A stretch of DNA of 64,000 bases from Alphaproteobacteria bacterium (lineage in GTDB: Bacteria > Pseudomonadota > Alphaproteobacteria > G965222575): assembly GCA_965222575.1 (NCBI GenBank), contig OZ244958.1:768001-832000 (forward strand), in the 5' to 3' direction. The translations under genes and the position numbers were made by a program. The notes beneath the pieces are model-generated. The model worked only from the letters and a program-made list of their open reading frames with translations, did not search any database and was not told the origin of the DNA. This document shows, one piece after another, positions 8,795-20,900 of the stretch; positions within the stretch are counted from its first letter, which is position 1, and every line of letters begins with the position of its first letter.

Positions 8795-8821
8795 ACACAC
8801 ACACACACTATATATATAGTG
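8795..8821. repeat. Compound microsatellite (AC)7(TA)5 containing the 16-bp palindrome CACTATATATATAGTG
   Basis: AC x7 at 8795-8808, TA x5 at 8809-8818, palindrome at 8806-8821. Lies in the divergent intergenic region. Confidence 0.9.
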
Positions 8822-8980
8822 CGTGGAGGAATTGGGGAGGGTGAACAGACCACTTGCTTCAGGCTATGAGGGATGAGGCGAAGCAGTGGGATAGAGAAAA
8901 ACAGACTCCTTTGCCCTTATTCATGCGGGCGGGGTTTTCTTCTTATTTTTTTAGAACCCCCATTTTTCTTTGTAATTTAA

Positions 8981-11900
8981 GTGTTGATTTTCGGTAAAAT
9001 TCATGTCAGCATAGCAAGACGGAGAAATTCTAAAAGAATCTTAATGAAGCTTTCTTTATTGCCTCATGGCTTTTGTGGACAATCCTTTTTAAAAGGGATG
9101 TTCAAGCTTGCCTGTGTCTTCCTGCTATTTGGAAGTGCGCCAGTCTTTGCCTTACCTTCTTTGAAGTACGGGCGCCCCGTAGACGGAGAAAAAATTAAAA
9201 TTACCAAACCTGCCTCTAACACAATGAACGTGGAGCAAACGGAGCGTCTTGCTGTGATTCATTGGGGAGAATTTACGGTAGGAAATGGGGAAACAGTCAA
9301 TTTTAAAGGCCCCTTGGACTCTGTCATTGTGAATCGTTTTACTCTGGATAAGAACTGGTACAGTAGCAGTCTTAGAGAGACGGATAAAGCTTATTTCAGG
9401 ATTGAGGAGGGGGGTACGGTTACTGGTAGCCTGAGACAAACGCTTGTTTTTGTAGCGCCCGCTCAAGATGTGCACTTAGCAGGACGAATAGACGCTCACT
9501 CTCTGCTCATCACCACCTCAGATTTTGTACATTTTACAGATGTCCTTAAGGAGCAGGAAGCGAAAACGATTACCTCTTCTACAAACTTTTTTCCGGCAAT
9601 AGGGGCAAGAGCTGCTCAAACATTGGCCGCGCGAGGGACAATTACACTTGCAAGTACCGCGGTGATTAACGTTGCAGATGTTGGGCAAATTGCCCTGATT
9701 TCCCCAAAAATCACTATCAACTCCCCAACTATCACCTTCTCTAAACTCTCGAAACAAGACTATCAGATTAAGGGTCTGATTCCAGGAGGGAAGCAACTCC
9801 TCTTAAGCACTGCGCAGTCTTTTACTTTTGATATCACCTCATCAGCTGTTGAATATGCAGAAGACTTAGACCCAAGTAATACTATTACGGAATCTGTCAA
9901 TGTTTTTCAAATCACCAATTGGTTTTCTAGGCAGAAAATAAAGAGTGTAACGGGGGATATAACGACATGGTTGATTCCTAAAATTGATATAAAAACAGGG
10001 ACGAATCTCGTAGCACAAGAAGTGCTTGTCTATTTACCTAGTACGCCTGCGCCATCATCTCCGGAGTTTTTATTAAACCCGGGCGCTTCCATTCAGGCGA
10101 ATCATCTCATTGACTTTCAAGGAAGGGGGGGATTGACCTTCGGCGGTTCCCTCATTATGGAGGGAATTTTAGGCAAAATTCAGATTGAAGGGAGCAGTTT
10201 CAGCTTACCTAGCGGCGGTAAAATTGAACAAATAGTCCCAACAGGGGGGCAAACAGCCGAGATTTTCATCAATATCAAAGGGAAGAGTGTGAGTAGTGTT
10301 CCTCTTGGAGAGAAGGCTATGAAAGGTGGTAGTAGTTCTACGAGTAGTGGCGGGAAGGTTGTTATAAGCGGAGCACACCCTACTAGAGGGGTGGGCATAA
10401 CCCATATCACAGCCGGGGACTTTTTGCACTCAGGGTCTTACGAATCCCATGTGGGTACCATTACACTTCATGCGAAACATGACCTGAGGATACTAGGAGG
10501 GACAGTCAAGATTACGGCAGGCACGGGAGAGGCTTCCATTAAACTGAATGCGGACTATGGAATGTATCTCAATGCAGGTGCTGTGCTGGATATGAGCGCG
10601 CGGGAGGGTAAAACCACTTTTTTCCTACAAGCTTTTAGTTCTATACTCCTGTTCAATAAATTTAAGACGCAACTCCAGGATAAGGCGGACCCCAAGGTGT
10701 TCTTTCACCTAGATAGAGGGGAAGGTATCGTTTTGCAAGGACAGAGAATCAAGCCTATTTATGTGGATATTACCTTTGAATACACGGATAGTACCGGCCT
10801 GAAGACGTTGCGCTTCCTGCCTGCCTTGCATGAACCCGTGAAACCCGAGCCCGTTTTTGTCCATTACGGCGCCGACCAGATGAAAGGGTTTCGTGTCCAA
10901 AATTCTGTTGATGCCAATAGAATACAACATATAAAGTTAATTACCGAATCTCTCAGTACACTGAAATTTGAGGCTCCGATCGATCTTTTTCGTAAAAAAG
11001 GACAAGTTGCGAAGCCGCGCTCTGTAGCCGTTTTCAAGTTTCCAACTTACCAACTCATGGTGGTAGGGTTACCTAGTCTTATACGCCCCTTTGGGGAGAC
11101 ATTAATTGAATTGCAAAAAATACAACAATCTCAAGTCTATGTTTATAAGTCCTACAGTTCAGGTGGGGCGGATACCTTTAAGCTCTCTCAAGTTCTATAT
11201 TCTCCTAAGCCACAAAGTGCTTTTGGTTACTCTATAGCCTTGTCTTTGCATGGTGGTCTTTTGTACTTAGCGGTGGGGGCCCCAAGATTTACGCATGGAG
11301 ACGGTAAAGCAATGGGGGCTGTGTTTCTGTACGCCGCTCGGGAAGGAGATCATTTTAACGAGGAGCAGGTCATCCGCATTGACAGAGAAACCATAGGATG
11401 GCAAGGGGGAAACGAGGATTTCCTCCTGAATTTAGGAGTTGATGTAGATTTTGATGGTGAGAAACTGTATGTGATTAATAATCACTTATTTGATATACAA
11501 ACCATCCTTCCCGCCGGAGCCGACCATCCAGCACGATATAGTTTTTCCTCCCTTTTTGTCTTTTCTCTCAATGGCGCGGGCGCAAAGTTGGAGAGCGTCT
11601 ATCAGTTTCCTCTTAAAGGCTCATCGTTAAGTTTGGATTCCTATTTCACTCTTCCGGAAGCGGTAAGGGTAAGAAACGTGGACTTATATGCTATAGACGA
11701 CAGGGAAAGGAAAGGCTTTTTCAATCACCCTTCTACCAGTGGGTTTACGCATTTGTCTGTTTACAATGGCGTTGTGGCTATTAAGGTTCAAAACTACGCC
11801 GAGTCTTTACTGGTAAAATCAGACGGCGCTCTCCCTACAGGGGATATTCCTTTCTATGTCCAAACAGATGACCAAACAGATGAGGAACAACAACTACAGC

Positions 11901-14900
11901 AACTAAAGCAACTACAGGAAAGCTTTGTATTCTTGCTTAGGACGGCGACGCCGAAAAAACCCCCGAAGGTGGTTTTTCAGCTACCTAACCAGGAGGTAAG
12001 GGGGCATGAGTTCCTGTATTACAATGACCACCATAGGGTAAGTTATCGATTTCTCGACCTAAGATTTGAGGGTACCTTAGGGATTATCTTATTGCCTTCT
12101 TCTGCTGGTGGGTACTCCTTAATCCTACAGGATGGCAGTGGCGTACGGTTTTTAAATCTCAGACCTGATGGATTTGACGATGGCTCTTTTGTCATCAGTC
12201 GCGTCGGTAAAAGTTCCTTTGTGGAGAGTTTTTTCTTTTTGGGCAAAAGTAAAAATTACGAAGGAGAAACCTATGGTATTGGAGTGTTTCAAGACATTCT
12301 AGGGGAGCTGTCTTTTGTCACACTCTCGCCTACGAATAAAGGGGTTATCTCTATTTCTTCTCCTGAGGTAAAAGACAGTATTGGGACGCAGGTGCTATCG
12401 AATTTCAAAAGCCTAGCGGTTAAGGCTTTAGAAGACCAGTATCTTGTTGCGCTTGGGAATGAGGAGCAGTTTGTCTCTCTGTACAAGGTCAGAAAGAGTC
12501 AGAATATCTTGGATATGGCCAATGTGGAATTGCTATTTGTTGTTTGGAATAAGGCGCCGGGCTTTGGGACTTCCTTAGCGTTCGGAGAAAAAGACTTATT
12601 TGTGGGGGCGCCTAATCAAGAAGGCGGGGGAACGGTTTATGCCTATAGACTGATAAAAGGGGATGCACTAGGGGATTTTGCCCTTGGAGCGCCTGTTGAT
12701 TTGTTGGAAGGATTAGAAGAAAGTTATACGGGGTTTGCAAGTGACCTCATCATAGGGGGTAGGATAGCCTTTGATTCCGTTCAGAAGTACTTAGCTATTT
12801 CCGCGCAATCTTCTGACCCTTACGGCACGTCGGCTGTGGGGGTTTTCTCCATCAATCAAGAGGACATAGGCATAGAAAGCAGAGTGGTCTTGATTATAAG
12901 AGGAGGGGCATCTTCTTATGATTCTCTTCCCTTTGAGTTAGGGTCTTTTGTAGGGTGGAGTGGAGATGGCAAGCTCTTAGGCATAAGTTCTCAGAAAAGC
13001 AGTAGCATTTATCTTTTTGATGGGACCTCCTTTGAGTTGAAAGGAAAAATTGGACAATATGATTCGTTGCTTTCTCTTCCGCAAAATCCATTTCTTTTCA
13101 GTTCATTAGAAAATTTTGCTTTGAGTGAAGGGTTTAGAGGTCTGTACACTTTATATGTTGCGCAATCGGAGAAAGTTTTTGTTTATCCTTTGCGGTATGA
13201 GCGCGGCACATTAGTTTGGGAGAAAGAGGGTAAACGTCTTGAGCATAAGCAGACGGATTACAGCTTTGTTTCTGTTTCCGGTCAGGGGCTATTGATTTTG
13301 GATAAAGCCACAGATGATGTCCACTTTCTCAATTTTCAAGCTGATGATATTAGAAAGCAAAGTTTGTCTGTCCTTAAGGTAAGTTTTGATCAGTATTATT
13401 TGGCTATAGGGGAGCCTTTTTATGATTCTAGCAAGGGCAGGGTCATGGTCTATGAGGATGGTGTTGCGGATTTTGCAATGTTACGATTTCAGTTTCAATT
13501 ACAGGGGGAAACTAAAGGGGACTTATTTGGCTGGTCTGTGGAGTTATTACTTGAGGAAAATGGACGACCTGTTCTGTTTGTAGGGTCTCCTCAGGTGACA
13601 GGTAGCAGGAGAGGTGTTGTGCAAGCCTTTTCTCTTGCGGCGTCACTTCAGACTAGTGACCGGGCTCTTTTCACTTTATCCCCATCCCCTAGCATTGAAG
13701 GCGTGAAAGGCTTTGGGTACAGTGTGTCCGCTAAGGGGTCTTATCTCTTGGTGGGGGCGCCGCAGACCAATGAGAAGGGGATGGTTTTCCTGTATCACAA
13801 TGATAACGGCTATACCCTCCAAGGCACCTATGACCTTGATGAGAAGGAGGAGATAGTGGGTTATGGCAGTAACGTTGGGCTGTTCCTTCATGATAGCAAG
13901 CACTATGCTTATGTTATTGGATATAGAGATGATGGGCAAGAGGGAAGGACGTCAACAATATCTCTGTTGAGGGAAGGTGTTGATGTGGCAAGCGGCTTTT
14001 CTTATGTTCCGCATGAGGATGTGGGGATGTTGTATGATTTTGATAAAGAATTGGGGGCATTCTTTTCTTTCAGTGGGGACGTTTCTGAGACCTACTTGGG
14101 GGCATTCGGTCTTGTTGGTGGTAGCACGAAAATCTTACGGTATCAGTTAGCATTTGATGCTCAAGGAGATTTTACTGTTAGACTTGCAGGCACGCCGGCA
14201 AGAGCGCCATCAAACACTGTTGTAATAAGGGGGTTCACCTCTTTATATAACCCCTCTTTGATAGACTTTGATGTGCTGGAAAATCGGTTGATGAAGGATC
14301 ACCTCTTTTTCTTCGTGGTCAACAATGTGGAGATTTTCAAATTAGAAGAAGAAAAATTAAGAGAAGAAGAAGATGGCTTGTTGCAAATTGTTAATATTAG
14401 AACAGGCGTTCAAAAGCAGGAAAAAAGAAGTTTCGATATTTTCAGGGACCCTGATACGCGGAAGTTATATGTAGCAGTAGGAGAGCCTGCTATAGGCTTA
14501 CCCATTGTGGGGAAAGTAACAGTGATGGAAGCCTTCGGTAGCAATTTTGAAGATGCGCAAATACGCTTTACTTTACAAGGTGAGGAGCTAGGGGATTACT
14601 TTGGCTGGTCTGTGAAGTTTCATCTCTTAGAGAAGCATCAAGAGAAAGATCAACTGGCGCTTTTTGTAGGGGCGCCTCAAGCGGAAGGCAGGGGACTGGT
14701 GAAAGTCTTTTCTCTCCAAAAAGAGGAACTCTTCACCCTAAGACCTCCTGAAGTGACCAAAAAAGAGGATGGAAGTCCTTTAGCTATCAGTTCTTTTGGC
14801 TATAGCATTAATGCTATAGAGAGAGACCTTCTCATTGGCGCGCCAGCGACTGGAAAATACAAGACAGGGGCTGTTTTCTTATATAAATGGGTAAAGGATA

Positions 14901-17900
14901 GGCAGTTTTATCGATTAGAACAAGGCTTTTTTATGCTGGAGATCAAACCGGAGGCAGTGAAAAGAACGTGGAATGTAAGTAGCACTTCTTACGAGAGTTC
15001 TGCAGCGCAAGCCTCCCCCCCTAACGAGCATCTAAAAATTCAAGGAATGGGGTCATCTCATGTTTTATTTCGTGACCTTATTCATGTCTCTGGAGTTGAA
15101 ATGGAGGTTGAGAGATTTGGCAGTGAAGTAGGCTTTTTTGATTTTGAAGAGCGGCGCTTTTTCTTTGCTGTTGCTTATGATGTGCAAGACAATGGAGTGA
15201 AGAAAACACTGTTATACGCCTTTAAGAAAGATGACAATGGGGTATTTGCAAAAATCCCCCCTCAGCAACGAGAGCGTGAGGACTCGCGCCAAGACCAAAA
15301 CGATGTTTTTTACAGTAGTGCGCAAACTTACAGCGTCTACTTTTCAGGTCAACACCCTGACAACCCTCAGGGAAAAAAAATACGTGATGATACTGCAATA
15401 GGCCCCATGAAGGTTTTGCCGGGGGAATATGTTGGATTTTTTACGTTTTTCGTTAGTGATTTATGGCGCCATCTGCCGTCTGAAAGGATACCGGCTCGTT
15501 ATGGAGGTAGATATTACTCAGAAATTTTTACGGGCAGGACAGTATCCCAAGGAAGTGTCGGAACGGGTAGTCTTATCCGTTACCGTGTTATAGGTGCTAT
15601 AAAACTTGGTGGTGGTAAAGGGGAGCTTAAGTATTTTTCCATTGGTTCAACTAAAAACCGTGATGGTATTAAGACTCTAAGGGAGGGCAATATCAATCTT
15701 GATATCCCTGGTTCTGAGGGATTGTCTTCTTTATATAACACGGGCTTGGTGACACTCAGGGTTTTGGACAGTTCAGGTATTAATCTTAATGGTAGCCTTT
15801 TCATCACATCAGAGATGAAAATGTTCAGGTTGTCGTTGAATACCGAGATTTTTTATATTGGTGGTAACCCTATGAGCACCCAAGCAGGCTTTAGATTGAA
15901 GGACTATCGCGCTACTAAGGGAAAAAGTTCTTATAGTATGGTCCTAACGCTAGTAGAGGGACGAGAAGAAGTTGGCACACGGGTTTTAGAGCTCTTAAAG
16001 GGGACGAGTCTGCAAATCAGTGAATTAGGAGCCGAAGAAATAAAATGGTTCGTTGGCGATAGAAGAAAAACCAGTATCTCTGTTTTGAAGAAAAGTGGTG
16101 TGACGTTCTTTTTAGCAGTGGGAGAGCCTTTTGTTTCAAAGGGCAGAGTGACGGTGTTTCGATCCAGTGAACAGGATTTTTCAGATGGGCGTGAAGTCTT
16201 TTCGTTAGAAAATCCAAGTAAGGACGGTCTTTTTGGTTGGTCTGTGAAGATGCATTTTCTGGACAGAGATGGAATAGGTATTGGCCTTCCTGAGCCGGTG
16301 CTGTTTGTGGGGGCACCTACTGACCCTGAAGCGAAGGCTAGCACCTATAAGGGGGAGGTACACCTCTATTCTTTCGGGAAAAATGATAAAGGTGAGTATG
16401 ACTATGCCCCTCTACAAACACTGGGTTTGGAGTATGGTTACGAAGCACTGGACTTGCGTGGCTTTGGATATGCCTTAGCGGCCGTGAGATCCTCTCTCAT
16501 CGTTAGTGTACCAACATCATACAAGTCTCTTGGCACAATCTTTGCGCACGGAGGACTCTTTGTATATCACTGGGATAATGATAAGTATGTACTCAAACGT
16601 ACAGAGCTTATGTTTACAGGAGCAGTACCGCGTCCTACAGCTCCAGGTGTCGTCTTTTCGCATCGAACTTCTATTGGTGGCGTTAATAGGAACTTTGGCG
16701 CGGAGGTAGGGGCTTTTATCTACTTTGAGAGCGATTATAGCAAGGATCCCAAGTATCAGGAAAATCCATACACTATCGTTGACCCATGGGTGGCTCATTC
16801 GGTTGATGGTACATACTATTGGGGTATAAATAGAAAAGGCGGAAGCCAGGGAGACTTCCTGCAACGCGACGACGCTCGTGCATATTATCAAAATTATTTT
16901 AAGGGGACACCCCATTTTTATACTGCTGCTTATAATGCGGACAGTTCGAAAACCGTGTTGATATTCTTTAGGGTAGGAGCTGACGGGGGCGTAGACTTCA
17001 CACAAGAGAAAGAACTTGACGGAGAGGTCGGGTCATTTTTTCCCTTTCGGCATAAAGTGTGGCATAGCGCGAATCGAAGCAGTAGTTACTATAACTTATG
17101 GTATACGTCTGATATTTATGTGTGGAAAAATGATGCAAATAGTCGTCTTTATCTCCATAACGTCCCTGTTTATTTGAATGTGATAGGAGGGCTTACCTAT
17201 ACGGCCGAAGAGAAAGGGGAACTTATGTTGATTACGTTGCGCCTGCCACAGCAGCCATATCCAAAAGATCATAATTCTGCTTCCATTACACAAATAACCA
17301 AGCAGACCACAACGTTGTCTCTTGATACACTCTCTCTTGGGGTCGGTTTCACTGATGCTTATAATCCTTCTAAAGTCAGCATTGATGTTGTGGACGGTGC
17401 TAAGATTAACGAGCACGTTTTTGTAACGACAAAGTTGGAAACTTTCCGACTTGGTTACGCAATTGGAGGAGTAGGTGTTCGACATGCCGGCAAAGGTCCT
17501 ATAACATTAGTGCCGTCTTTGCAGGGAGCACATGAGGCTTTCAAGTTAAGAGAAAAAGTGGAGGAAACCAGAACAAGAGTTGTGTTCTTGAACCCCCAAG
17601 CAAGGGCAGAGGGGGTGAGTTTGCCGAACAAGGTGGCGTTGCCGGGTCCTGACCAGGAGCTATTGATCTTTCAAGGGATTGCGTCAATTTCTGTCTTAAA
17701 GGCCTCTGCTCATAAGTTTTACTTAGCCTTGGGAGACCCTACTGATAATAGTAATACAGGTAAGGCTGTGGTGTTTGAAATGGGGCATTACGACTTTTCA
17801 GATGTGCAGAAAACCTTTGAGGTTGAAGGAAGTGCTGCGGGAGATTGGTTTGGCTGGTCTGTGAAGTTACAGTTACTAGATAGGGACGGCGGGGGTGCTG

Positions 17901-20900
17901 GCCTTCCTGAGCCAGTGCTGTTTGTAGGCGCGCCTAAAGCCAAAAATGGAAAAGGTTCTGTGGAGGTCTTTGACTTCAAAAAGAAGATCCTTATTCAAAC
18001 CCTTAGTCCAGAGGCTTCCTTAACTTATGTGCGCGCCTTTGGGTATAGTTTAGGCGGCGGTATTTACAAGAAGCGCCAATTTATTAGAGGTCCCCCTGTG
18101 ACAGAAGACGAAGAGGAGGTACACAATTACCTTCTTGTAGGAGCGCCTGCTAGTGTGCAGTCAGATAGCGTTGATACTCAAGACGGGGCGGCGTTTGTGT
18201 ACAAATGGAACAATGGAGAGGGAGCGGGAGGCGCAACAGTACCCGGAGCCTATGAACTCAAAGGTGTAGCAAGGCCGCCAGACGGGAGTCATATAACAGT
18301 AGGCAGCGTTGTGGAAGGGCAGCTACCTGATAGTGCTACTGTTGGGGGGGTTGACGTTGCCTTGTCTGTCTACAACGAGCATTTTGGCGCTTCTGTTGGG
18401 TTTGTGAATTATGACAGTATCCCCCTTCTTTATGTTGTGAGTTATAATAGTGATAGGACAGGGACAGCTATTTCCGCTTTTCAGTTGTTGAGTAGTGGCA
18501 CCGATGCTGTGAGTTATGGGGGGACGCTTTCAAAAGTAGTAGAGGGGGAATACGGCGCTTTCTTTACATTACCGATACAGGCATGGGAAGTGTCCTACTT
18601 TGAGGGTTCTGCCCAGTATAAGTGGTTTTTGAGTGAGACAGAGGCAGATACCTTTACTCTTCCTGTCGATAGCCTTCACGAAAAGACGGAAAAGACGGCT
18701 ATTGACGTTTTAGGCTTTTTAGTTCGTGGAATAGGGGGGGACTTAACAGTCAAATATGGGGTTGTGAATCCTAATGCAGGAGGGATTGATTTTCAAAGTC
18801 CTGAGATTAAAATTAATACGGGGATAGGTGTGCTTGTGGGATTCACGACTTTATATAGGACCACCAATAAGCTTTCCTTTGCGGCACTTCGGGATCGACT
18901 GTTGATAGGACAGGGAGTAGAGGTGTATATTGCTCCGTTGACTGTGAATGATGAAAAAAATATCACCATAGGGAGTTTACAGACAGTAGCAACACCAGCA
19001 ATTACTTTCACTGAAGTTACAGCCATTGACGTCTTGAAGGAATCTGATAATAAGTTTTACTTAGCGGTAGGAGAAGCTACTGATACTAGTGAGAAAGGTA
19101 AGGTTACAGTGTATGAGGGGACGGATTCTGCGTTTGCCGATATTGCGGTCAAGTTTACAAAGAGTGGAGACAGTGAGGGGGATAGGTTTGGCTGGTCTGT
19201 GAAATTAAATTTATTGGATAAGGACGGAGCGGGTAGTGGCACTCCTGAGCCAGTGCTCTTTGTAGGCGCGCCTAAAGCCAACAGTGAAAAAGGGTATGTG
19301 AAGGTCTTTAATGTTGATGTGTCGGGGTCGTTTATTCAAACCATTAAGTTTGCTCATAAGACTTTCAACAAGATAGCTCTCTTTGGATATAGCATAGGGG
19401 CTAGGGGTGAACACCTTATAGTAGGCATGCCTGGAAGTATAAGAGGCGGGAAGCCCTCTGGAGGGGCTATAGCCCTGAAATGGAACACTTTGAGCAAGCG
19501 GTTCAAATTAGGCAAAGTTTACCTTTACATCACCGACAATGCTCACTACGGAGGCACTTCAGTCGGGGTTTTCATGCACAACAATACAACGCCCTATTTT
19601 TATTATGCGCACTATAGCCCCAGTTCATCAGCCACCGTCATTAGATTGCGCAAGTACGATGGGGGGCATAAGAACTTGGAGGGAACTGAAAAAGACGACG
19701 GAGTCGTATACGGCTCCTTATTTACCATACCGGTTGAGAAGAGTGATGGTAGCTCTACAGAGCTGTTAGGCCTCCTGTACAAGGATGGAGACCAGTTAAA
19801 GATTAAATATGCTTCATTGGCTGTTACGCACCCAAGGAGTAAAAGGAATTTGTTGCCTAGCCTAGGCGATATAGACATTCCTGGGGATGTTGTGGCTGGT
19901 TTTACGCTTCCTGAAACCTATGATACTGACCCTATGCCTAGAAGGTGGTCTTTTGCGGCGCTTCCGGGTCGTCTGTTTATGGGACATGGAGACAAGGTGT
20001 ATGTTGCTTCGTTGACTGTGCCTTCTGTAAGTTTGAGAGGAATAGTAGGAGAAACCTCGCGTCGAGTGGAAAGTGTGACGTTTGATATAGAGAATATAAG
20101 GAAGGCGTCGCTCCCCTTAGGGAAAGTGGCAAAAGTTGTTTTTGACGAGATTTCCTCCCTTTCTGTTTTAAGGGTCACAGATAGTAAGTTCTATTTTGCG
20201 GTAGGAGAATCGGGTTTTGAGGACTTTACAGGTAGGGCTGTGGTGTTTGAGTCGAAAGATTCTGCGTTTTCCGATATCATGCAAAAGTTTGTGATTAAAG
20301 GAGACAATGCAGGGGATTGGTTTGGCTGGTCTGTGAAGTTGGGGCTACTAGATAAGGACGGAGCGGGTGCTGGCCTTCCTGAGGCAGTGCTGTTTGTGGG
20401 GGCGCCTCAAGTGGGGGTGCCTCAAGCGCAAGCCAAGGGTCTTGTGCAGATTTATACCGTTAGGAGTAAGGGAAAACTTCAAACCATAGAGCCGACCTCA
20501 AATGATAATCGCGCCTTTGGCTATAGTGTGGGTGGTGGCTTGCATGAAAACAGCGGTTCATCCTTTCTTGTTGTAGGGGCGCCGCATAAGACGCTTCAAA
20601 GTACAACCGGAGGCAAGGTTTACTTTTATGAATGGAAGGCAGGGCAGTATATCTTGAAAGAAGCGTTTGAGTCCTCTAGTAGCAGTGATACCAACTTTGG
20701 TTTTGCAGTGGGGAGCTTCCTGTATAGTACAACGCCTTATTTTTATGTTGCGGATACCCGTACGACCAGCATTGTTCTTTCCTTCTACCAAGTCAGGGGG
20801 AATGATGTGTTGGTCAAGCGCTTGGAGACCTACAGAAATGGCGCATGGTGGAAAGTGTCCTATGAGGAGGAAGGTGCTCAAGTTTACGAGTGGTATAGCT

